NCBI RefSeq assembly: GCF_016433145.1
Contig: NC_058130.1
Span: forward strand, 752,118,929-752,182,928
Source of the DNA: Gracilinanus agilis
Lineage: Eukaryota
Direction of reading: 5' to 3'
Length of the DNA: 64,000 bases
Numbering within the stretch: the first letter of the stretch is position 1; every line of letters begins with the position of its first letter. Shown in pieces: positions 51,020 to 61,524 of this stretch. The position numbers and the translations under genes are program-made. Below the pieces are notes generated by a model. It ran no database searches and was not told the origin of the DNA. It saw only the letters and a list, made by a program, of their open reading frames with translations.

Positions 51020-51390
51020 ATTTTTTTTTAAAACTCTTGCCTTCTAAGATGGAAATCTTAGAATAAATACTGTGTGTTGGTTCCAAGGCAGAAGAATGGT
51101 ATGGGCTAGGCAATTGGGGTTAAGTTATTTGCCCAGGACCCTACAGCTAGGGTAGTATCTGAGGCCAGTTATAGGAAAGAAGCTTTTTAACTTTTTTTTT
51201 TTTTTTTTTAATTTTAAACCCTTAACTTCTGTGTATTGACTCATTAGGTGGAAGAGTGGTAAGGGTAGGCAATGGGGGTCAAGTGACTTGCCCAGGGTCA
51301 CATAGCTGGGAAGTATCTGAGGCCGATTTGAACCTAGGACCAACCGTCTCTAGGCCTGGCTCTCAATCCATTGAGCTACCCAGCTGTCCC
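51020..51390 (-). mobile_element. Two adjacent SINE1_Mdo-like copies (about 51020-51170 partial; 51191-51390 full)
   Basis: Two reverse consensus matches; the second is flanked by agcttttt(t)aactttt repeats. Confidence 0.8.
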
Positions 51391-52002
51391 CAGCTTTTTA
51401 ACTTTTAAATGTGTTGTAGAAGAGTTTTGTCAGATATTGGCTGAAATAGAATGGCCTCTGAGATCTTTTTCAATTCTGACACTTTCATTCTATTTGATAT
51501 TTTCTTTCAAAGTGATGTGTATATCATTCCTTAGGATTATATTGCATAGATCTAAAATATGTAATAATCTATTTAGACTTTTGTTGAAACCATAGCAGTC
51601 TTAGACATAGACCATCCAGACAACTGAATTTTTAATTTTCTGTTTTCCACTTTGGTCCACTGGGGACATACTCATTAAATTGTTCGTCCCAGTTATAACA
51701 AGAAGTGATGGACTTATAGAAAAATTTAAAGCTCCTTGAGGCAGTAACCATTTATTATTTAATATTCTTTGTAGTTTTAGTACCTCAGACATAGTAGGTG
51801 CTTAATAAAGATTTGTTGAGTTCAATGGAAAGATCTAAAGAAAGCTGCAAGGGAGCTACCTATCATTATAACTTAAGATCTTGTATGGCAGGGATTATAT
51901 TTCAGAAGGTCCATGAGCCTGGATAGGAAAAAAATTACATCCTTAATTATTACTAATCTCTGGCTTTCTTTATAATCCTATGCATTTCCAAATATTTAAG
52001 AT

Positions 52003-52203
52003 AGGGAAAGGTAGATGGCTCAGTAGGAGACCTGGGAATTGGAGATTCTGAGTTCAAATTTGGCCTCAGATACGTCCTAGTTGTGTGACCCTAGGCAAAT
52101 CACTTAACCCCAATTGCCTACCTCTTTCCCCATGTTCATGTTGCTTCTGCCTTGGAACTGATACTTGTTGATTCTAAGACAGATGGTAAGGGTCTAAAAA
52201 AAA
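52003..52203 (+). mobile_element. Diverged SINE1_Mdo-like SINE
   Basis: ggtagatggctcagt...gagttcaaatttggcctcagatac...gatggtaagggtctaaaaaaaa. Confidence 0.8.
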
Positions 52204-52290
52204 GAATAATATTAAATATAGTCTGAGAAGAGGTCAAAGGATATCTGTTATTAGGATCCCTTGATATATAGCTTATTCATTTGATATAAC

Positions 52291-52487
52291 TTTTTTTTTT
52301 TTTTACATTTTTAAACCCTTGACTTTTGTGTATTGGCTCCTTGGTGGAAGAGTGGTAAGGGTGGGCAATGGGGGTCAAGTGACTTGCCCAGGGTCACACA
52401 GCTGGGAAGTGTCTGAGGCTGGATTTGAACCTAGGACCTCCTGTCTCTAGGCCTGGCTCTCAATCCACTGAGCTACCCAGCTGCCCC
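52291..52487 (-). mobile_element. Young SINE1_Mdo-like SINE with TSD
   Basis: Full reverse consensus; gatataactt on both flanks (from 52283 and 52488). Confidence 0.92.
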
Positions 52488-53020
52488 GATATAACTTCTT
52501 TTTACTTTAAAAACAAAAAAAACCCAAACTTTGTGTATGACTATCAACTCAAGGACAGATAAGATAAATACAATTTGGAGTAATTATTCATAGCATAGAA
52601 GAATTCTTTGGCTTTATGGTGTAAGATTTCTTTCACTAGGAGCATTTAAATATTTCAGAAATTAATAACTGCTTGATGTCGGTGGGGTAAGGAGAAAGAA
52701 ACTTGAGGAAAACTTGAGATCAAAGTATTAAGACCCTCTGAAAATTGAAGAGCCACCAGAAGTAGAACATTTCACATGATATTGAAGGTCATTTCAAAGA
52801 TAACATTCTTAATAATTTTTCCAAAACTCTAGTTAAAGGATTAGACTAGTTTCAAAGGCGTTCTGTATTGTCATCTTTACTTTTAGAAAATTTTTATTGT
52901 AGTCTATTCAGTGACAACATATTTTGTTTAGACGCATATATATCCATTGCTGTCATATTGTGCTTTCAGATGACTAAAACAGTTTTCTCTTTTGAATTAT
53001 TCTTTTTAAAAATTTACTAG

Positions 53021-53110
53021 GCTAAGTGGTTACAGCTATTCAGTTTGGTGGAAGACCATCGACAAAAGCAGATCATTGTGCAGCAAGAAAAATTCAGTAA
53101 CCAGATCAAA
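53021..53110 (+). CDS. MPHOSPH9: MPHOSPH9 coding exon 3 (90 bp)
   Basis: Acceptor tttactag|; AKWLQLFSLVEDHRQKQIIVQQEKFSNQIK (recalled human TRWLQLFNLVEKQCQEQIVAQQEQFHNQIQ); donor AAA|gtgaga. Confidence 0.92.
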
Positions 53111-53360
53111 GTGAGAACTTGTTTGCATGTTCAGCTCTCCTTTGCCTTTGTGTATTTTCAATTTGATGTCCCTCTGAGTTAGATTGACTTATATAATATG
53201 CCTGGTATTAGTATGTGAGTGTCCTAGAATAACTATTTCAGGTAGAGAATATTTTATCACAATTTGTAAAAATATATATGATTTTATCAATATGTTCAGG
53301 TGACATTGTTTAATGTGCTTTCTTATTTTTCTTACACATTTCACTGCATTTTATTTTCAG

Positions 53361-53899
53361 CGTATTCAGGAGGAGTTAAGAAATTTAGTTAAGTTACAGA
53401 AGAATAATGCTTCATGGCCTTCTAATAACAGACATTCCCCTGAAAAACAGACAAGCAATTTTTCTACATTAGAAAGTCAAATGGGGTTGTGTTCTGAAAG
53501 CTGTGAAAGAAATGAGTATGTTGTCAATTATCCTAAACTTAAAGAATCTGAAATTCGGCCCAAAACATTTTCTTCACATCAAGACAGCAGTATGGAAAGT
53601 ATTTCAACGAATAATGGTGGGTATGGTAATTTTTATATCTCAGAACGAAATCCTTACAAACCTAAAGATTCAAAAGAATTCAAGGAGCACAAAGACATTT
53701 CCAAAGGCAAACATATCAACCCTATGCCCCAGAAAGATTCTTTTGTAAGTGATGTCAAGAACAAGAACTTGTGTATCCAATCTCCAGAAGAGTATGCCTC
53801 ATCACTCAAAGAAGATGTCTCTATTTTTCCTGGTGAATATGAACATAGTTTTACCAGTGAAAATAAAATTTCTGAAGCACATTGTGGAAAAACAAATAG
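53361..53899 (+). CDS. MPHOSPH9: MPHOSPH9 coding exon 4 (539 bp)
   Basis: Acceptor ttattttcag|; RIQEELRNLVKLQ...SLKEDVSIFPGEYEHSFTSENKISEAHCGKTN+AG; donor AG|gtgagt; open throughout (track ORF 53313-53903). Confidence 0.95.
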
Positions 53900-55047
53900 G
53901 TGAGTGCTTATTTTTCATGCTTTGAAGACAATCTTATTTGTTCATTTGTTAAGTTGAGCGTAATTTATAAATTACAGTTGGCATGATGTTGAAGAGTGAT
54001 GACTAGATACTTGAAATATTTATTAGATAGGACTTTCCAAAGCAGATGTGCTAGTTGGTAGATTGTAGGTTGGGTTGAAGTTAAATTATTTTAATGCTTC
54101 AGAGATTTCTGATTTCATAGTCATGGTTGCTCCCTTCCAAGATGCTAATGATAATCTTGTAAAAATTTAAGTTTAATGGTCTTGGAGGTGGATGTGGCCA
54201 GAAAAATTCTTCCCATTGATGTCAGTTTGGCAGGAGCCCTCCCAACTTAATAAGACTGGTTTCTAGGTGACATAAATACCTAGAGAAAGATAGACACATA
54301 TGCCATATGTTCCTTGATGACATATATATTTATAACTAACTTCTACCTAAAGCTTTTGCAGCTTGGTGGATAGGACCTACCAGATCTGGCTCTTGGTGTG
54401 CTTTGTTGCCTAGCCTGTGAGAACCCCAGGATCCCTTTGTTACTATTAGATAGAAGAGACAATTATAACAATTCAAATTTTGATTTCCCAAACTGTATTC
54501 TTATCTCATGCTTCATCTTAAGCTTTGTTTTCTCAAATTTCTCAAACAGTATACCAGTAAGTTTATTATGTTTGTAATTTTGCTTAAAGTAATTTCACTT
54601 GTCACTTCCCTGCTGGACCACATAATATCATTTATTAGATTGATAAAAAAGCAACATTCTCATTTGGAATACTGTTTCTTTTGAGTCTGTAATAACAATT
54701 CTGCCTTAGTTTTAAGTTATATAATCCTGACTTTCAGGTTTTCTACTCTTTAGTAGAAACAATCAGTCAGATTACTCTTAAATATCCCTAGCACCCAGAG
54801 AGAGCTAACATAGTAACTGGCTCTTGTAGTGTAATGAATGCTTGTTGACATAATTTTTTAAAATGCGCCTTTATCAAATCTGAATTCCTAGGTTGTTACA
54901 AGCTGTTATCTGAAATTAGGAATAACTAGAAAGTCCCCACTGTATTTTTCAGTTACTTGACACCATTAGAAAACAGATTTCTACATTTTCTCAAAAGTGG
55001 GAATTTTGTTATGTATGCATTTGAAGTAGATAAATAAACATATAAAG

Positions 55048-55239
55048 CAGTGATTCTCAAAGTGGGAGCCACTGCTCCCTGGTGGGTGCTGCAGTAATCC
55101 AGGGAAGTGGTGATGGCCACAGGTACATTTGGGGGTGGTGAATAACTGTAAGGGAGTGGTGATAGTATGTGACAGGGGGCGCTAAGTAATATTTTTTCTG
55201 GAAAGGGGGCGGTAGGCCAAAAATGTTTGGGAACCACTG
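55048..55239. mobile_element. hAT/Charlie-type MITE
   Basis: TIRs cagtgattctcaaa / tttgggaaccactg; perfect 8-bp TSD atataaag at 55040-55047 and 55240-55247. Confidence 0.88.
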
Positions 55240-55825
55240 ATATAAAGTATACTCTCCTTTATATGTTTGATGTATTAACAAAACATTTTAACTATAATTT
55301 TTGTAAATTAAATTATATTCAGTTTCTCCAATGAGTTCATTATTTAGTAAAGGAAATTTATGGAGAATCTGTTTTGGTTTTCTTAGAACAATTTTTAAAA
55401 AAACATGAAATTCCTATCCAGCTGATTTTTTTTACATAATTTATACATAAATGTGTTGTGTATTTGCATACAAACATACATCTAAATTTGATGTTACATA
55501 TACATACATGCATATTTATAGTTCACTATATTATATATGTTTATACCTATACACACACATATATACATAACTGGCAAGCAGTTCTGGGCTCTGCTTGTAA
55601 AGACTGGAAATAATAAGTTGCTTATATTAACAATTGTTCTGTAGGAAGTTGCCAGTGAAAACTAGGAGGTAAATATATTAATTTTTCATTCATACACATA
55701 TACATATACACACATATTTGTTTGTGTGGATGTATGTACATACACATATAATTTTCTTAAAGCAAAATATATGAACACAGGCCCCTTCTACTGTTTATTA
55801 TAATAATTTTAAAGACATTGTTGGG

Positions 55826-56030
55826 GAGGGGAAAGCTAGGTGGCTTAGTGGATTGAGAGTCAGGCCTAGAGATAGGAGGTCCTGGGTTCAAATGTGGTCT
55901 CAGACACTTCCTAGCTATGTGACCCTGGGCAAGTCACTTAACCCCCATTGCCTAGCCCTTATCTTCTGCCCTGGAACCTATATACAATATTGATTCTAAG
56001 ATGGAAGGTGAGGGTTAAAGCAAATAAACA
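55826..56030 (+). mobile_element. SINE1_Mdo-like SINE with TSD
   Basis: Consensus match; aaagacatt(g/a)ttggg on both flanks. Confidence 0.87.
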
Positions 56031-56371
56031 AAAAGACATTATTGGGCAGTGACAAAATGTCAAACATTGGCCTGATTGGGCCAATTAGTTATGTTCTATT
56101 CCATAGCCACAAAATGGATAGTCATCACTTGCTAGTGTGTTTTTATGCCAAGAGAGAATATACAAAAAGCTACATATAGATAAATGCAAGTTAATGATAT
56201 GACAACACCACTGTTGGGGGGAAGAACTGAGTTCAAAGAGTGAGAGAGGCACACATAACATGGAGTGTCTTTTTTTCCCTCTCTCTCTTCTAGGAGGTGA
56301 AGTCTCTTTTTCTCTGTGCAAGATTTCTCTGTGTATGAAGGAGCTAATTTTTGTTCTTTCCTTTTTAATAG

Positions 56372-56495
56372 CAAATCTTTAACATCATGGGCACAAAAAT
56401 TGAAACAAAATCAACCAAAAAGAGCACATATTGAAGAAGGATATATCAAATCTGCACAAGGAAATGAACAAAGAAAAAAAGCAACAATTGAGAAT
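56372..56495 (+). CDS. MPHOSPH9: MPHOSPH9 coding exon 5 (124 bp)
   Basis: Acceptor ctttttaatag|C; KSLTSWAQKLKQNQPKRAHIEEGYIKSAQGNEQRKKATIEN, with TSWAQKLKQNQPKRAH identical to recalled human; donor AAT|gtaggt. Confidence 0.94.
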
Positions 56496-57429
56496 GTAGG
56501 TGATAACTTCAAGCTGTCACATTTCTACACTAATAATCATATTGGGATAGTGCTATGTGATCTTTATTGTATTTCTCCTATTTTATTATTACTTTGCTCC
56601 ATTGACAAGTATTCTTCTGGGCTCTTTGTAAAGATTGGAAATGAGTTGCTATAAACATTTGTTCTGTAGGAGGCTGCCAGTAAAAACTAAGGGGTGAGGA
56701 TATTATTTTTAAAAATCATTTTTGAAGTCATTGCCATTCCTTGTGTTACAAGTGTTGACATCTAACAATATAATAAAATTTATAGTAAAATTTTAAACTT
56801 AAGTAAAAAGTTTTGATTGGCAGTTACATTTATTTAACCAATACATTAAAAAATAACCTCTTGTGTTAAGTAATTTAAAATTACTGTGTAAACAAACTTA
56901 ACAAAATTTTGGAAATACTAAAATTGTTGGAAATTATCTGCCCCTATTTCTTACCCCAATAATTGCTCTCTTGAAGGGTATAGCTAATAAGGGCTTAGAA
57001 AATAGAAATTCTAAAGTACCTTTTCATTTAGTATTCCTTGGGCTCTATTGTTACACTTATCCTGGCATTTGGCTTTCTGTGTATTTCATTTAAAGATAAA
57101 GTTCCTTTTGGCCTCAGTTGTCATAAAAGTTTCAATTTTTAGTGAATACCTATATAAATTACAAAGTTTTGTTTCTTTGTAAACTTTTTGAAAATACTTT
57201 AGTTATTTTTACATATCTCTCCTTTGCCATCCCTAACAGTGTTTTTCATATAGTCTTTGTAGCAATGTACCAGGAAGAAGGAATCAAAAAGGGCATTCAC
57301 TCTTCATAAATAAGGCACTATTTACTCTCTTTCTCTTTAATAATTTATCTCTTCAGTCTATAAAGATTTGCTAGGTCTTGGTTTCTTAACATTCTGTCAG
57401 CCTTATCCAGATTTTTTTAAGGGATTAGA

Positions 57430-58390
57430 AATCAATATGAATCCTCCTTTCAGAGGTAAGACAAAATGATACATGGTCAGAAAAATTCTTTAATATATTG
57501 GTGGTTCCACTTACATGATGTGGGGTGAACACATTTTCTGTCATCTGAAGAGAATTTAGCCAAATTAAGAGAACAGCAAAAATAAAAATGTTCCTACTCT
57601 CTTAGTGGTTACCTTTTATTTGTCTCCAGCTTTTGATGGAGAATTCTCTGCTTCTGGTAAACTTGTAAATTAAACCTGTTTTGTTGTTCTGCAATTCAAC
57701 AGAATGACTGGATTTTCTTGTTTGTTTCTTGCTGAGTATATATCCTAGCATGTATTGGACTGTACAGCAGTCTAATGTTCTTTGGTTTGATGTAATGTAG
57801 ATGAGATATTACTTAAGCAGAGTCGTCATACCTATCAGACCAACGAATTTTCTGGCCAGATTCTGACATTTCTGGGAACTCCAAGGTAATCAATGTGAGC
57901 TTTTACTGAGGGAATGATTGACCATTTGAAAGGCTATGGATGGACAAGTGATTTGGCTTGGCCCCAGAGAGTAGAACTAGGAGATAATGCATAAGTTACA
58001 TTTGGGCTTGATAGATGAAAATATTTCCTTTATTGTGATTAAATGTAGGCAAAATTAGAGTGAATATACCTGTCTAGGGAATGGATTCCTATTCCATGGA
58101 GAAGAATCCCAAGAGGCTTGGAAGCAATGCTATAAAAGGCATTTGGCTTTCTGTGTATCTTGGTGACTTAGAAGTTGGACTAGATCAGAGGTGTCAAACT
58201 CCCTGTCCACAGATAAGAATTAGACTAGAATGTCATTGGGAAATATTTAACAAAATAAATAAAAATACAGTACAACATAGATACTGTTAATTTGTGGTTT
58301 TCTAAGCCAATATGTTACCTATAGGAACCCAATTTCAATTTGAGGTTTTGGGGCACTGGACTAGATGACCTGATGTCAGTTCTGGCTCTG
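57430..58390 (+). mobile_element. Ancient CR1/L3 LINE 3' remnant, interrupted by a MITE
   Basis: Degenerate CR1 3' motifs (cacattttctgtcatctgaagagaatttagccaaatt..., ttggactagatgacc). Highly diverged. Confidence 0.45.
58186..58358. mobile_element. hAT-type MITE (cagaggtgtcaaactc end)
   Basis: Perfect 8-bp TSD gactagat at 58178-58185 and 58359-58366; CAG...CTG termini. Confidence 0.8.
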
Positions 58391-59427
58391 AGGTCCTGTG
58401 GTTCTAAGGGCTTCTTTAGTATTTTAATGAGTTCAAAGGGGCAGGTTTTAGTTTCTGACCCAAACTCCTTAATATAAAAGCATACTTTGTGTTGAAACTA
58501 TTCTGAAACCCATTTTTTAAAATGTAGTTTAGCTTAAGGATTTTGGATAGGTTGCCTTTGTTTGTAATTGCTCTTGTGGGATAAGCTTTTGAAGGTTCTT
58601 CATCTTATTAGATGAAGGATTTCAAATCTTTGTGTTTTTTTTTCTTTTAGACACTATTATTAAGGCTAAGTAAGGGTTTTTATATGTAGATTGTAATGCT
58701 CCATGGACTAGAAGGGATGACCTTTCAAAAAGGGCTGTTTATTATTCAACATTTTTATTTCTCATTAAAAGCCAGATCTTTTTTTCTTCAGTGGATTAAC
58801 TACTTTATGCCAACTGAACCAGAATTATTTTCTTACTTCAGATTAGTCTTTTCCCTGATTTATTTTTTCTGACTTTTTTGAGTTGTTGAATCTTTATGGT
58901 AATTAGAAAGGAGACTTGGAAAGAGGCAAAAGAGATCGCCAATTTTCTTGACTGATGGAAAAGGGAGTAAGTAGTGCCTTATATAGCCGAGGTATATTAA
59001 TTCTCCTTCCTAGCAGGTATAGAGTTTTATTAATTCAACATAATAAATTCTGCTTCTAGGACTAAAGTTTTAAGAAAATCATCTTTTGTAGTAAATAGGA
59101 AAACTATATGGAAAAGATTTGAGGGAGAAATCTGCATTGATAAGGCCTACTGAGATTTTTAACCAATTTTCTTTTAAAGTTTCATTGTAAGTATTTTTCC
59201 ATATAGGCTTTGGCATTGGTTATTTATTATTTTCATGATTTTTAAACTTAATTTTATTTGCTATTATACATTTGGGAAAACGGCTTAAATGTTCTTCATA
59301 TGACTTTGTTGCTGAACTAACTAGTTCTGAATTTGTTAAATGATAATTGACTCACTTCTTAACCAGCTTCATTGAGTTGAGTACTAATCAAACACTGATG
59401 TAGACTTCATGCAGAATTAATCAGAGA

Positions 59428-59626
59428 GGGGGCAGCTGGGTAGCTCAGTGGATTGAGAGCCAGGCCTAGAGACGGGAGGTCCTGGGTTCAAATCTGGTCT
59501 CAGACACTCCCAGCTGTGTGACCCTGGGCAAGTCACTTGACCCCCATTGCCTACCCTTACCACTCTTCTGCCTTGGAGCCAATACACAGTATTGACTCCA
59601 AGATGGAAGGTAAGGGTTTAAAAAAA
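59428..59626 (+). mobile_element. Very young SINE1_Mdo-like SINE with perfect 15-bp TSD
   Basis: Consensus-like body; agaattaatcagaga at 59413-59427 and 59627-59641. Confidence 0.95.
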
Positions 59627-59845
59627 AGAATTAATCAGAGAATGTTAGAGATGAATGTCTTCCATTTTTATTCCTTTCCTATTACAGCTTTTTGTAGCTG
59701 TTATGAGTGAAACTATACCTTTTTAGTCTTTGGCTAACATTTTGGGGGCTTTCCTATGTTACTCCAGTGGGCTGGAGAATTGGGCTCATCAATAAGTTTT
59801 AGCTTGACTTTATAGTAATATTTTGTTTTTGTTTTTTAATTGTAG

Positions 59846-59933
59846 TCTGACTTCAGTGCTGCTACATGTCCTCATACTTTTTACCTTAATAAACAAAATG
59901 AGGCCCCAAGTTCTTGGGCTTCTGATGGAACAG
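59846..59933 (+). CDS. MPHOSPH9: MPHOSPH9 coding exon 6 (88 bp)
   Basis: Acceptor ttaattgtag|; SDFSAATCPHTFYLNKQNEAPSSWASDGT+G (recalled human SDFAAATHPRAFYLSKPDETPNAWMSDSGT); donor G|gtatgc. Confidence 0.92.
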
Positions 59934-61417
59934 GTATGCTATCTTTCTAATTTATTATTTTTAAACTTTTGTAAATTCTTTCTTAGTTAGGGACTTGCCC
60001 TTTTAAGTTCTTATTCTGCTTGGATGCCCATTTATAAATGCTGAGGAGCTTCATTCAACTCAATATTACAAATTATCTTGTAAAAATAAAAGGAAGTAAT
60101 ACTTTAGGAGTTATTTAAAGCAAAATGGAAAGGGTTCTAGCATCATCATTTTTTATCTTTTCCCTAAAAGAATTTTGAAAATTTGACAATTCTGCTTGCT
60201 AAACATTTGTTATTATTTATAAGGCTCTCAAAAATCTCTTCAGTGTAACTAGTTTTTTTCATTGATTTAATGAAAAAATCTTCATTTATAATTCATTTGA
60301 ACAAACATTTACTAAGCACCTACTATATGCAAGGCAATGTTCTAAATTTCTCCTCTACAAAATGCTATCTGTGAATTTATATCTCTAACATTTAATTTGC
60401 TTTTAAGTAATAAACATTTCACCTTGTGGACATTTGAATCTCATTTCTGGGCTTTTATTAACTTGTGTTCTATATTACTCTTTTCTCACTAAAATTCTAT
60501 TTATTACATCAAAATAATTCATGTAATCATTTTCTAGACATGTAAACTCCTATATTTTTTATTGATTTTTTTTAAAAAAGAAAAGACATATTGCCCACTT
60601 CATATATTTATTATCGAATGCAGTGGTCCATTTTGCTTTTCCCTACACTTGACCATATCTGATGTGGCTGCTCCTATTCCCAGAATGCACTCTCTTCTCA
60701 CTCACTTCAGCCTCTTAGAATTGCTAGTTTCTTTCTTAGCCCAGCTCAAAATCAAACTTCTTCATGAGGCCTTTCTTGCTCATTCCCCCTCACTGCCTTT
60801 CCACTGAAATTTCCTTGTATAATATTTTGTCTCTGTTTATGTCTGCATGTTGTTTCTCCCTGGTAGAATGTAGGTCAGGTACTATTTCCTTTTTATCTTT
60901 AGGTCCACAGGTAGTAGCAGAGTGCCTGATGCATAGGGGCTTAATAAATGTTTGCTGGTTATTTGATTGATAGTCTTGTAGAATTTTATATCTGGAAAGG
61001 ATCGCAGAGATCCTCTTGTCTACCCTTTCATTTAACAGAGAGGTCAAAATACAACTTGATATGAGGGGAAGGAGCATTCTTAAGGTTAGACAGGGAGTTA
61101 GTGACAAAGAGAGTTTTATTTAGCTATGATTATCCAGCATGTGCACATCAGTGTGTGGCACACAGGAGACACTTGACCAGTGCATGTTGACTAAGTGAAA
61201 ATAAGTTACAGAACATAGTGGTTACATAACTTACAAAATAAGTTACAGAACCACATAGTGGTTCCTATACTAAGAAAAATCATAACCTAGGAACTATTTT
61301 CATACTCTTCTCACCATACCTTATTTTTCTTTTTCTTATACATATTCCTTCTCCTCATCTTGCTTCTCCTTTACTGTTATCCTTCGCTTTTTTACTCATC
61401 TTTCTTTTACCTGTTAG

Positions 61418-61524
61418 GAATGAATTATTGGAAACTAGAAGACAAGGACATGTATGACTCTTTGCCTGAGACTTTGGAAAAATCATTTTTAAATATCAGC
61501 CCCAAGAAAGTGTTATCAAATCAG
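61418..61524 (+). CDS. MPHOSPH9: MPHOSPH9 coding exon 7 (107 bp); gene continues beyond the window
   Basis: Acceptor ttttacctgttag|GA; (G)MNYWKLEDKDMYDSLPETLEKSFLNISPKKVLSNQ (recalled human GLTYWKLEEKDMHHSLPETLEKTF); donor CAG|gtattt. Confidence 0.93.

Noticed and set aside
59428-59500. tRNA-like A and B boxes (tagctcagtgg, ggttcaaatc), here and at about 17 other sites
   Set aside because: These are SINE heads followed by SINE body, poly-A and TSDs, not cloverleaf tRNA genes.
61196-61266. Short local duplication (aaataagttacagaa...catagtggtt twice)
   Set aside because: Small slippage-type duplicate in an intron with no evident function.
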